64,000 bases of DNA from an uncultured Actinomycetes bacterium (lineage in GTDB: Bacteria > Actinomycetota > Thermoleophilia > UBA2241): assembly GCA_963725665.1 (NCBI GenBank), contig CAVRZA010000003.1:32001-96000 (forward strand). Direction: 5' to 3'. Within the stretch, counting starts at the first letter, position 1, and every line of letters starts with the position of its first letter. The position numbers and the translations under genes were made by a program. This document shows, piece after piece, positions 10,056-19,852 of this stretch. The notes beneath the pieces were generated by a model. That model did not search any database. It saw only the letters and a list, made by a program, of their open reading frames with translations, and was not told where the DNA came from.

Positions 10056-11024
10056 GTGGCTAGAGATCTCTACAAGTGGGTAGCGACGCTTGCGGTTCTG
10101 ATTGCTGTGGCCCTGATGATGCAGGGGCAGCTCTCTTTTGTGATTACCGCCAGCCTGTTCGCCATGTTCGCGATGAGCTGGTGTTTCTTTACGAGTTTCA
10201 GCGGTTTCCTCAACCTTGGCCATGTGATCTTCATCGGCACGGCCGGGTATACGAGCGCGATTCTCAACTATCACCTTGGGTGGCCGATGTGGCTGAGCAT
10301 GGTGGTGGGGGTCGGCGTGGGAACCGGAGTAGGGTGGTTGTACCTGTACCCCATTCACCGGCGCATATTCGGTCTCAGTTTCGAGATGGTCAGTTTTCTT
10401 TCGATCATCGCCATTTCGAATCTGGTCGTGTCTGGTTACGCGAGGCCCCTGACGGGTGGCGATATTGGGCTTTCTCCGCTCGACGGTCTGTTCTCGACCG
10501 TCTGGTTGGCGGTTCTTCTGGCGGCGCTTCTGTGTGGTTTTGGCTTCTGGTATTCGCTGTATCTCCGCTCTGACTCGGGTAAGGTCGTCGACTTCGCACG
10601 GGAGAACCAAGGAATCGTGAAATCGGCCGGGGCGGACCCTCACCGCTACACCGGCAGACTGCTTCTGCTGAGTGGCCTGCTGGGAAGTGTCGGAGGAGTC
10701 CTGTACGTCCACTACTCCGGGGCGGCGGTAGTCTCAAACACGTTTGCCCTGGCCTTCATGATCCGCATCATCGTCATGGCCATCATCGGCGGCCGATTCA
10801 GCCTTCGCGGGGCGATCGTCGGTGCGTACGTAGTCGTGTTCTTGGGCATGGAACTCATGCCGTACGTCGATGCCTTCGTTCAGTTTCTTGTTATCTACGC
10901 GATCGGCTTCGTCATCTACTTTGCATGGCCGACGGGGTTGGTTGGGATGCTGAGTTGGGTCTGGAACAGGTTGCCGTGGGCGGCAGGTCAGCCTGGGGCA
11001 GAGAAGACCTCAGCGGCCGCTTAG
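10056..11024 (+). CDS. branched-chain amino acid ABC permease (LivM-like)
   Basis: FAMSW...GFLNLGHVIFIGTAGY, TGGDIGL, IIGGRFSLRGAIVGA. Confidence 0.85.
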   Translation: MARDLYKWVATLAVLIAVALMMQGQLSFVITASLFAMFAMSWCFFTSFSGFLNLGHVIFIGTAGYTSAILNYHLGWPMWLSMVVGVGVGTGVGWLYLYPIHRRIFGLSFEMVSFLSIIAISNLVVSGYARPLTGGDIGLSPLDGLFSTVWLAVLLAALLCGFGFWYSLYLRSDSGKVVDFARENQGIVKSAGADPHRYTGRLLLLSGLLGSVGGVLYVHYSGAAVVSNTFALAFMIRIIVMAIIGGRFSLRGAIVGAYVVVFLGMELMPYVDAFVQFLVIYAIGFVIYFAWPTGLVGMLSWVWNRLPWAAGQPGAEKTSAAA

Positions 11025-11044
11025 TGCGAGGCGAAGGACTGACT

Positions 11045-11743
11045 ATGCCTATCCTAGAGCTGGAGAATGTAGATAAGGTGTTCCCGGGAGTAAAGGCGCT
11101 CAATCGCGTGAACATGAGCGTCGAACAGGGCGAAATAAGGGGGCTCATCGGGCCCAACGGTTCTGGCAAATCGACGATGATTTCGACTGTGATGGGAGTG
11201 TACAGGCCCGATGGTGGCACGATCAGGTTCAAAGGCAGTGATCTTGGTAGTAAGCCTATTTGGGATCGTGTGAAGCTGGGCATAAGCGCGACAAATCAAA
11301 CGGCCCAGTACGTGGCAGATTTGTCAATTCGCCGACACGTTGAGTTGGGCGTGATGGTGAATGGCTTTCCTAAGCAGGACGTTGAACGGGTGGCAGAGCT
11401 CGTTGACCTGACGGACTGGGTCGACGAGCTGCCAAGTGCCCTGTCCGCCCTCGGTGCGAAGAAGCTTGAGATAGGAAAGGCTCTATCGACAAGGCCTTCG
11501 TTGCTGATGCTCGACGAGTGTTTCGCCGGCCTTTCCTTCGAGGAAGGCGAGGAGATGGTGAGCATCATTAGGCGGGTCGTTTCTGAGTACGATGTCACCG
11601 TCCTCGTGGTCGATCACAACCTCGGCTTGGTCGAAGAGATCGCTCATGAGACAACGGTGATCGACCGGGGCAACATCATCGCCGAGGGCACGTTTCAGGA
11701 AATCGTCGACAATCCCGTTGTCGTTGAAGCGTACATGGGGTGA
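11045..11743 (+). CDS. ABC ATP-binding protein (LivG-like)
   Basis: GPNGSGKS Walker A, LMLDE Walker B, VDH switch, VVEAYMG C-terminus. Confidence 0.9.
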   Translation: MPILELENVDKVFPGVKALNRVNMSVEQGEIRGLIGPNGSGKSTMISTVMGVYRPDGGTIRFKGSDLGSKPIWDRVKLGISATNQTAQYVADLSIRRHVELGVMVNGFPKQDVERVAELVDLTDWVDELPSALSALGAKKLEIGKALSTRPSLLMLDECFAGLSFEEGEEMVSIIRRVVSEYDVTVLVVDHNLGLVEEIAHETTVIDRGNIIAEGTFQEIVDNPVVVEAYMG

Positions 11744-11749
11744 TTCTGG

Positions 11750-12454
11750 ATGAGCCTGCTGGAGGTTAGCGACCTCAGGGTGAAGTACGGCAACGTTGAG
11801 GCATTGAAGGGCATAAGCCTGACGATAGGTGATGATGAGAAGTGTGTCGCTCTTGTGGGCCCCAATGGAGCGGGCAAGAGCACTTTCGTCAATGCAGTGA
11901 CTGGTTTGATGAAATGGGAAGGCACAGTCTCATACAAAGGAAGCAGTATCGCCGGGTTATCTAACAGACAGCTTGTTCAGGCAGGAGTGGTCCAGTGCCC
12001 CGAGCGGCGGTATCTGTTCGACTTCATGACGGTCAAAGACAATCTCTTGCTGGGTACGTATAACGCCGGCAAGGACAGTGACGTATCGCTTGAAAGCGTG
12101 TTCGAGCTGTTTCCCGTGCTGAAGGAGAGAGTGAAGCAGCAGGCTGGGACGTTGAGTGGCGGAGAGGCGCAAATGCTGGCCATTGGGCGGTCGCTCTTGG
12201 CGAATCCGAGCCTCTTGCTCTTGGACGAGCCAACGCTGGGTTTGGCGCCGATCCTCAGAAAGAAGCTTTCGGAGGCGTTTCAGGAGATCTACAAGCGGGG
12301 CGTGGTCATTTGCCTGGTGGAGCAGAACGTGAAGCTGAGTTTCGACGTGGCGGAGCGGGTCTACGTGATACGCGAAGGGCACATCGTCATGGAGGGCTCT
12401 GCCGCCGAGCTTAGCCACGACAAGGAGATCCACCGGACGTTCCTCGGCGTGTGA
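11750..12454 (+). CDS. ABC ATP-binding protein (LivF-like)
   Basis: GPNGAGKS, AGTLSGGEAQMLAIGR, LLDEPTLGLAP. Confidence 0.92.
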   Translation: MSLLEVSDLRVKYGNVEALKGISLTIGDDEKCVALVGPNGAGKSTFVNAVTGLMKWEGTVSYKGSSIAGLSNRQLVQAGVVQCPERRYLFDFMTVKDNLLLGTYNAGKDSDVSLESVFELFPVLKERVKQQAGTLSGGEAQMLAIGRSLLANPSLLLLDEPTLGLAPILRKKLSEAFQEIYKRGVVICLVEQNVKLSFDVAERVYVIREGHIVMEGSAAELSHDKEIHRTFLGV

Positions 12455-12511
12455 GGACGGCGCTGCGGTCGCGCGAGCGCTGCAAATGCGGAGAGCGAGG
12501 CGGGGGCAGAA

Positions 12512-13687
12512 GTGAAGGAGTTCACTGTACCGAGAAACACCTTCTACGGTTTTGGCGCGCTCGCGAACGTCACGGCGATACCGGCCAAACGTGCCATGGT
12601 CGTGAGCGATGCGGTGATGGCGAGCCTCGGCTGGGTGGAGAAGGTCAAGGCGATCCTGGAGGCCAACGGCACAGAGGTGACGGTCTTCACCGACGTTGAA
12701 CCGGATCCGTCGCGGGACACGGTGGCCTCAGGTGCCGCCATCATGCGGGAGTGCCGCCCGGAGGTCGTCGTCGGGCTGGGCGGGGGCTCCTCAATAGACG
12801 CCGGCAAAGCCATGTGGGTCTTCTACGAGTTACCTGAGATGACGTGGGAAATCGCCAGTGTGCCTTTCTCCCTGCCACCGTTGCGCAGCAAGGCACGATA
12901 CGTGGCGGTGCCCTCGACGAGTGGCACGGGAACCGAGGTGGGGATCGGCGCCGTCATCACCAACACGCACGCCGATCCTCCCGTCAAGAAATCCATAGAC
13001 TCCTACGAATTGACGCCCGATGTCGCTATCGTCGATCCGGAGCTCTGTCTCACCATGCCGCCCGAGGTCACCGCGAACACGGGCATGGACGTTATCTCGC
13101 ACGCGCTCGAGGCCTACGTGGCGGCCGGCGCGAACGACTTCTCCGACGGCTTGGCGATCAAGGCGCTCCAGCTTGCATTCGGGTGGCTGCCGTCGGCCGT
13201 GAAGGATGGCAGCGACAGAACCGCAAGAGAGAAGATGCACTATGCCTCGGCGGTGGCCGGCCTGGCGTTCAACAACGCTGGTCTTGGGATAACCCATTCG
13301 CTCGCTCATCAGCTTGGGTCCGTGTGGGGAGTTCCGCACGGCCGGGCCAACGCTGTGATCATGCCGTACGCCGTTGAGTACAACGCCGAGGTGTCAGCCT
13401 CCCGGTACGGCGATGTCGCTGCGGCGATCGGTGTCGGTGGGGCCGATGTCGAGCAGTCGGTGACACGGCTGATCGACAGGATCGTCGAACTGATGAAGCA
13501 GATAGGCATGCCTTCGTCGATCGAGGAGCTCGGGATACCTTCGGACCAGTTCGGAAGGGCAGTGGACCTCATTGCGCAGAACGCCCTGGACGACGCTTGC
13601 ACGGGCGACAACGATCGTCAGCCGACCGTGGAGGACTTGAAGGGGATCTACGCGCGCTCGTGGGAAGGAGCGCTGCACCGGGCATAG
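12512..13687 (+). CDS. iron-containing alcohol dehydrogenase
   Basis: GGGSSIDAGK, PSTSGTGTE, DVISHALE, GITHSLAH...HGRAN metal ligands. Confidence 0.93.
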   Translation: MKEFTVPRNTFYGFGALANVTAIPAKRAMVVSDAVMASLGWVEKVKAILEANGTEVTVFTDVEPDPSRDTVASGAAIMRECRPEVVVGLGGGSSIDAGKAMWVFYELPEMTWEIASVPFSLPPLRSKARYVAVPSTSGTGTEVGIGAVITNTHADPPVKKSIDSYELTPDVAIVDPELCLTMPPEVTANTGMDVISHALEAYVAAGANDFSDGLAIKALQLAFGWLPSAVKDGSDRTAREKMHYASAVAGLAFNNAGLGITHSLAHQLGSVWGVPHGRANAVIMPYAVEYNAEVSASRYGDVAAAIGVGGADVEQSVTRLIDRIVELMKQIGMPSSIEELGIPSDQFGRAVDLIAQNALDDACTGDNDRQPTVEDLKGIYARSWEGALHRA

Positions 13688-13718
13688 GTCCCCACGCGAA
13701 CTGGGGCCACTTGGCCGC

Positions 13719-15213
13719 TCAAGCGTCGCGTCGTGCTTGGACGTCGCTGAGAAGGTCCGACATGCGGCTCAGCTCGGTCAGCTCCTTGAGCCTTCCCAGC
13801 AGTAGGCGTGTCGTCTCCTCATCAAGAACGCGCCGAGAGAGCTCACGAAACTTGGCCTCAAGCTCCCTCGGCGTGAGGGGGTTGTCAGGATCACCCTTAG
13901 GTGAGTCGACTTCGGCTGTGACTGTCGTTCCGTTCACGGTGTCTACCTCGACCCATGCCGCCCAGCGGCGCGGGTAGTCGGAGTCGAGGGATCGGATCGA
14001 CGTCGAAGCTCACCTTGGCCATGAGGTCGACGAGGCGCGGTTCTGCGAGAGCGGCAACATTGAAGCTGTCGACCTGCAGTCGTCCGCTCAGCGCCGCCTG
14101 GGCCAGGCAGAACGGCAGGCTGAACTTGGCCGCCCACGGACTGGACGGCGTCACATCTCTCAGAAGATCGAAGGCGGCCGAATTGACATGCGCGTGGATC
14201 GCCTGAATGTCGCCCGCGAGAAGGGAGTGCTCCTTCATGGCGAGAAGGAGCGCGTCGACGGCGGGGTGGGTGTGGCGGCACGAGGCGTGGTATTTGACCG
14301 AGACTTCGGGCGTCTTGAAGGTCGCGAAGCGCCAGGCGGCCGAGTCCCCGGCAGACGACTCCTGGAGACCTTCCATCAGGTGGCTACGCTGCTCCCGGCG
14401 CAGCGTCTCCCCATCGGTGCCCGACTCGAGCTCGTCTCGAGCTGTGGCCGCTAAGAGCGCCTTCTCACCGAGAAGTACCTCGGTGGATCCGGTGAAGCCC
14501 TCAGCCGCAAGATAGGCAGAGAGTGTGCCGTTGAAGGCAGCTTTGGCGGGATGAAGCTGTTTCGACATCGCGCCGTCGGCAAGGAACTGCCACAGTCCCG
14601 CCGCCTGCGTCCCGGCGCTCCCGAGAGCAGACAGCATGTCCTCGCTGCCCAACCCGAGGATGTGGCCCGCGGCGACGGCGGCGCCGAACGTCCCTGCTGT
14701 GCCGGTGGTGTGGAAGTAGCGGTAGTGCTGTGGACCCAGGGCCTGGCCGATGCGAAGCGAGACCTCGTAGCCTGCCACCGAGGCAGTCAAGAACTCGCGT
14801 GGGCCGACCGCCTCTGCTTCTGCGACTGCCAGTGCCGCGGGGAAGACACAGGTGCCCGGGTGGTAGATGGATCGGTTGTGAAGGTCGTCCATCTCCTCGA
14901 CATGACTCGATGCACCGTTCAGCAGCGCCGCGACGAGCGGAGGTCCTTGGGCCAGCTGAGGCAGGACGGTGGCTGTCCGCCTGCCATGGCCGGGGCTCCC
15001 GGCCTCGGCCTTCTCCAGGCCTCCGTGTGCCAATGCGCGCAAGAGAAGTGCGGCTTGCGGCGACCTGCATCCGGCCAACGCGGAGCCGACCCAGTCTAGA
15101 AACAGCGCCTGGATGGCCGCGATCACATGGGGCGGGAGTTGCTCCCAGGTCAATCCGCTGGCGGCGCTGGCGAGAGCACGCTCGGGTGCGACGGGTCTGC
15201 TTCGTCGGTCCAT
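13719..15213 (-). CDS. MmgE/PrpD family protein, frameshifted near 13992
   Basis: LNGASSHVEEMDDLH, HPG, FHTTGTAG, HASCRHTH, AKFSLPF; the C-terminus KGDPDNPLT is in another frame, one base off at about 13992. Confidence 0.85.
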
Positions 15214-15265
15214 TTCTTCGCCTCCCGCTCGTTGGTCAGATGTTGGCTCGCTCACGGCCTGAGCC

Positions 15266-16969
15266 TCAGTACTTGCGATCTTGAGGAGGGAACCGTCCAA
15301 GCGTGACCGGGCGGTAGTCAAGGAGGGGCCCGCCATCAGTGTGATGGGCGAGGGTGTGCTTCAGCCAGTGCGTGTCATCTCTTGCGGGGTAGTCCGTGCG
15401 CGCGTGAGCTCCTCGCGACTCCTGTCGCGCAAGAGCACCCAACGTCCCTGCAAGCGCGACCTCGGCCATGGCGAGCAACTCGAGGGTGCGTACGAGATCC
15501 ACGTTGAAGAGCAAAGATGAGCACTGGAGGCGAACCCCTCCGCAGCGCTCTCGCAACTCGCGCAGCCTCGAGACTGCACCCACGAGCTCAGCTTCATTGC
15601 GAAAGACCTGTACGGACGCGTCCATGACCCCGGTGAGCTCGGCACGCAGGACGCCCACCGTCTCCGTCGCGGTACGGGAGAACAGCTCCGAGATTCGCTC
15701 TTCGCAGTCTCGCACAGCCTCCTCCACATGTTTGGACCCGGGCGCCGCGCCGGCCTGGCGGACGAAGTCCGCCGCCGCCAGGCCGGCGCGGCGGCCGAAG
15801 ACGAGTGTCTCGAGGAGCGAGTTGCCGCCCAGGCGGTTGGCCCCGTGAACCGAGACACACGCGCACTCGCCGGCTGCATAGAGGCCGCGCAGCTCCGTGG
15901 CGCCATCGGCATCCGTGTCGATACCGCCCATCGAATAGTGCTGTCCCGGCTGTACCGGGATGGGATCGTGAACTGGGTCGACGCCGGCGAAATGAAGGCA
16001 CAGATCCCGGATGCCCGGCAACCTCTCGGCGATCACCCGCGGTCCCAGATGGCGCAGGTCCAGATGGACGAACGCCTTGCCGTCGATGCCGCGACTGTGG
16101 TCGATCTCGGTCTGGATCGAGCGGGCCACGACGTCGCGGGGCGCCAGCTCCATCGAACTCGACGCGTAGCGTTCCATGAACCGTTCGCCGTCACGATTGA
16201 GCAGGTAGCCCCCCTCGCCGCGGCAACCCTCGGACATGAGGATGTTCGTGCCGATGAGGGTCGTCGGGTGGAACTGCACGAACTCCATGTCGCACAGCGG
16301 GATTCCGGCGCGGTAGGCGAGGACCATGCCGGCGCCGGTATTGATGAGGGCGCTGGTCGAACGCCCGTAGACACGCCCGGAACCACCCGTCGCCAAGAGC
16401 ACGGCGCCGGCCGAGAAGCCCTCGATGCCTCCGCCCCGCAGGCTGTAGGCGACCAAGCCGATACAGCCCTCATCGTCTGTCACGAGTCGCTCGACGAAGT
16501 ACTCTTCGTAGACCCGGAGTCCCGCGGCGAGCGCTTGCTCATAGAGCGTGTGCAGCAGGTAGTGACCGGTCTTGTCAGCCGCGTAGCAGGCACGGGGGTA
16601 CTGCGCTCCGCCCAGGTTGCGTTGGGCGATCGTGCCGTCCTCATTGCGGCTGAACGGCGTGCCCCAGTGTTCCATCTCGTAGATGCGCGCCGGCGCATCG
16701 CCGCACAGCACCTCGATGGCGTCTTGGTCGCCTAGGTAGTCGGAGCCTTTGACGGTGTCGAACACGTGTGCAGCGATGCTGTCGCTCTGCGCCTGCGGCT
16801 GATTGCGCAGGCAGGCGTTGATGCCGCCCTGCGCCGCCCCTGAGTGTGATCGGATTGGATGGACCATCGATATCAGGGCGCAGTCGACGCCCAACCGCGT
16901 AGCCTCGATCGCGGCGCGCAAGCCGGCGAGGCCGCCGCCCACGATCAGCAACCCGTGCCGATGATGCAT
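15266..16969 (-). CDS. sdhA: succinate dehydrogenase/fumarate reductase-type flavoprotein subunit (no B/C subunits adjacent)
   Basis: GGGLAG, RSHSGAAQGGI (covalent FAD His), QFHPT, EGCRGEGG, LAPRD, HYSMGG, HGANRLGGNSL, ESRGAH. Confidence 0.9.
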   Translation of the reverse strand: MHHRHGLLIVGGGLAGLRAAIEATRLGVDCALISMVHPIRSHSGAAQGGINACLRNQPQAQSDSIAAHVFDTVKGSDYLGDQDAIEVLCGDAPARIYEMEHWGTPFSRNEDGTIAQRNLGGAQYPRACYAADKTGHYLLHTLYEQALAAGLRVYEEYFVERLVTDDEGCIGLVAYSLRGGGIEGFSAGAVLLATGGSGRVYGRSTSALINTGAGMVLAYRAGIPLCDMEFVQFHPTTLIGTNILMSEGCRGEGGYLLNRDGERFMERYASSSMELAPRDVVARSIQTEIDHSRGIDGKAFVHLDLRHLGPRVIAERLPGIRDLCLHFAGVDPVHDPIPVQPGQHYSMGGIDTDADGATELRGLYAAGECACVSVHGANRLGGNSLLETLVFGRRAGLAAADFVRQAGAAPGSKHVEEAVRDCEERISELFSRTATETVGVLRAELTGVMDASVQVFRNEAELVGAVSRLRELRERCGGVRLQCSSLLFNVDLVRTLELLAMAEVALAGTLGALARQESRGAHARTDYPARDDTHWLKHTLAHHTDGGPLLDYRPVTLGRFPPQDRKY

Positions 16970-17227
16970 GCCCTAGGTCTCCTCTTGCCCTTCATGACCG
17001 GGTAGTCCAGAGACAGTCCTGCCTCGGGGCGGCCAAGCAGTCGGCGACGAACGGCCGCTCGCTTGAGCCACTTGGTCCCCTCCGTCGGGTTGAATCCTTT
17101 CGAGCAGGCCTCGCCGTTCGCCCCTCAGCCGCAAGCTCCGGCTTGGCGGCAGTATACGATTTCCACGACCTCATGGTCCAGCTTGGCCGTAATCGTGCTC
17201 AGGACACAGGCCGAATCCTTGACGAGG

Positions 17228-17246
17228 TTGCACAATTGCATACAAT
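17228..17246. promoter_or_regulatory. putative GntR/FCD operator in the divergent promoter
   Basis: AT-rich TTGCACAATTGCATACAAT containing near-palindrome ATTGCATACAAT, just upstream of the GntR gene. Confidence 0.55.
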
Positions 17247-17294
17247 CCAGCGTAGAACACCGTGAAACGACACTGCGGCAGAGATGGAGGAGTT

Positions 17295-18032
17295 GTGTCC
17301 ACCGGCGTGGCCGAAGTCGCCGTCCGCGAACGGATCGCCGCGGCGATCGCCGAGGGCGAATTTCCCCCTGGGACCCAACTCGTGGAGAGTATGCTGGCCG
17401 AACGATTCGGGGTCAGCAGGAGCCCGGTTCGCGGCGCTCTCCGGGCCCTCGAGGGTGACGGGCTCGTCGTCCACTATCCGCACAGAGGCGACTTCGTCGC
17501 GGCGCTCTCTCCCTCCGACATCGAGGAGATCTTCTATCTGCGCGAGGTGCTCGAGATCGCCGCCGTGCGACTCGCCTACCGGCGCATCCCCGCGAACGAG
17601 CTGCGCGATGTCGAGGAGGTGCTGGAGTCGCTATCGCCCGAGGACAGCCCGCGGGAGGACTTACTCGCCAGCGACGACGCTCTCCACGATCTGATCGCCC
17701 GCAACTCGGGCAACGGCCGACTGCGGTACGCGTTGAAGCAGCTGAGCGCCCAGATCCAGTTCACCCGGCGCACGTCTATGTCTCGAAAGAGCAGGCTGGC
17801 GGCGAACCTCGCGGAGCACAAGGAGCTCGTAGCGGCTCTCAAGCTGGGCGACCTGCCGCTCATCGAAGCGCGCCTGCGTGTGCACCTGAAGGCGGGCAAG
17901 GAGAGCACGCTCGAGGCGTGTCGCTCGCTGCCGTTCTCACGAGAGGATCGCCAGTGGGGCGCGAAGTCGGATCGCGGGCGCCGGCGACGTGCTCGCGGCA
18001 CTGGCGCAACGCCGCAGGGCAGGGAAGGCTAG
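17295..18032 (+). CDS. GntR family regulator (FCD domain)
   Basis: FPPGTQLVESMLAERFGVSRSPVRGAL HTH; FCD motifs LHDLI, SGN, EH; GGAGG RBS before GTG 17295. Confidence 0.92.
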   Translation: MSTGVAEVAVRERIAAAIAEGEFPPGTQLVESMLAERFGVSRSPVRGALRALEGDGLVVHYPHRGDFVAALSPSDIEEIFYLREVLEIAAVRLAYRRIPANELRDVEEVLESLSPEDSPREDLLASDDALHDLIARNSGNGRLRYALKQLSAQIQFTRRTSMSRKSRLAANLAEHKELVAALKLGDLPLIEARLRVHLKAGKESTLEACRSLPFSREDRQWGAKSDRGRRRRARGTGATPQGREG

Positions 18033-18044
18033 GAGGCGGTAGCT

Positions 18045-19400
18045 TTGAGTGTCACGAGAGTCCTCTCGCCGACGGCGATCCTCGGATACGGGTTCCCGGT
18101 CGAGTCGTTCCGCGAGGGCATGCGGCGCGCCCCGCACGTGATCGCCGTCGATGCAGGCTCGACCGATCCTGGGCCATACTACCTCGGAGCCGGCAAGCCC
18201 TTCACCGATCGGGACGCGGTGAAGCGCGACCTCCGGCTGCTCCTGGAGGCCTCTCGTTCGGCTGAGATACCGCTGCTTATCGGCACGGCTGGTGGCAGCG
18301 GCGGCGAACCGCACCTCGCGCGCGACCTCGACCTGCTGCTCGAGGTCGCGCGCGAGCTTGGCGTTCACTTCACGCTGGCCGTGATCCATGCGGAGGTTGA
18401 TAAAGACCGGGTCAAGCGGGCGCTGAGGTCTGGGCAGGTGAGCGGAATCGGGCCGACCCCCAAGCTGACCGAAGCCGCCGTTGAGGCTTCGGTGCGCACC
18501 GTGGGGCAGATGGGTGCCGAGCCGCTGATCGAGGCCCTCGAATCGGGTGCCGAAGTCGTGTTGGCCGGCCGTGCCTACGACCCGGCCGTCTTTGCTGCCG
18601 CCCCGCTCACACGAGGTTGTGCTCGAGGACCTGCCATCCACCTCGGGAAGATACTCGAGTGCGGCGCCATCGCCGCCACTCCCGGCAGTGGCAGCGACTG
18701 CCTGTTCGGCTATCTCGATGGTGATTCGTTCGAGGTCGAGCCGCTCAACCCGGAGCGTCGTTGCACTGTGACATCGGTGGCTGCGCATACGCTCTATGAG
18801 AAGTCGGATCCGCTGACGCTGCCGGGTCCGGGCGGCCGGCTGGATCTGCGCCAGACGAGCTTCGAGCAGGTGGAGCCGGGCCGGGTCCGCGTCAGCGGCA
18901 GTCGCTTCGTTCGCGGCGATGGCTACCAGGTAAAGCTCGAAGGTGTGGAGAAGGTCGGTTATCGAACCCTGTCGCTCGCCGGCTGCCGAGACCCTTTCAT
19001 GATCGCCGCGATCGACGACATCGTCGAGTCGGTCACTCAGCGCGCGCTCGACAACTTCGAGATGGATCGTGATGACTGCACGCTCAGCTTCAAGCTGTAC
19101 GGCAAGGACGGCGTCATGGGCCCCCTCGAACCATGCCGCGAGCATGTCCCTCTCGAGTTGGGCATCGTGATCGAAGCAGTCGCACCCACTCAGCAGATGG
19201 CAGACACGCTCTGTTCATTTGCACGCTCGACGATGTTGCATTGCAGCTATCAAGGGCGAGTCGCAACAGGCGGAAACCTCGCCTTTCCCTACTCGCCCTC
19301 CGACCTGCCGGCCGGCGAAGTCTACCGTTTCAGCATCTATCATCTGATGAGCGTGAACGACCCCTGTGAGTTGTTCCCGATCGAATACATGGCGGTGTGA
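18045..19400 (+). CDS. AtuA/DUF1446 family protein
   Basis: SPTAILGYGFP, DAGSTDPGPYYLG, GRAYD, GKILECG, VAAHTLYEK, TGGNLAFPYSP. Confidence 0.8.
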   Translation: MSVTRVLSPTAILGYGFPVESFREGMRRAPHVIAVDAGSTDPGPYYLGAGKPFTDRDAVKRDLRLLLEASRSAEIPLLIGTAGGSGGEPHLARDLDLLLEVARELGVHFTLAVIHAEVDKDRVKRALRSGQVSGIGPTPKLTEAAVEASVRTVGQMGAEPLIEALESGAEVVLAGRAYDPAVFAAAPLTRGCARGPAIHLGKILECGAIAATPGSGSDCLFGYLDGDSFEVEPLNPERRCTVTSVAAHTLYEKSDPLTLPGPGGRLDLRQTSFEQVEPGRVRVSGSRFVRGDGYQVKLEGVEKVGYRTLSLAGCRDPFMIAAIDDIVESVTQRALDNFEMDRDDCTLSFKLYGKDGVMGPLEPCREHVPLELGIVIEAVAPTQQMADTLCSFARSTMLHCSYQGRVATGGNLAFPYSPSDLPAGEVYRFSIYHLMSVNDPCELFPIEYMAV

Positions 19401-19430
19401 GGTGGCTGTGCATCAGCCGGGGGCCCGGGC

Positions 19431-19784
19431 GTGAACGATGACAACAGTCAGCAGGAGGCGATACCCATTCTCGATCTCGCTCACGTCATCCGCAGCAAGA
19501 ACAGCGGACCTTATGAGCTCACCTTCGACATCGTGTTCAAAGACCCGACCCGCTACCAGCTCGCTGTCACGTCGGGCATCTTCACCCCGGAGCTCTTCGC
19601 CCGGATCTATGGCCTTTCCGTCGACCAGGTGCTCAACGTCGTCTTCTTCGCGCAAGCCTGTGCGATCAAGGCCACCATTGTGAGGCCGCTAGTCTCAGGC
19701 GACATCGGCGAGAGGGACGTCTACGGAGCCCAACAGCATGCGCCGCTCTTGAGCATCATGGTCCCCGTGAAGCCAACCTCGTGA
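19431..19784 (+). CDS. DUF4387 family protein
   Basis: LAHVIRSKNSGPYELTFDI and DVYGAQQHAPL; the usual partner of DUF1446 proteins. Confidence 0.85.
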   Translation: MNDDNSQQEAIPILDLAHVIRSKNSGPYELTFDIVFKDPTRYQLAVTSGIFTPELFARIYGLSVDQVLNVVFFAQACAIKATIVRPLVSGDIGERDVYGAQQHAPLLSIMVPVKPTS

Positions 19785-19852
19785 GGCTCGTGCGAGAGGC
19801 CGGAGGCCGAACAGCCCTCCGGCCGGCAGCCCGCAAGCAATAGCCCCGTGGG

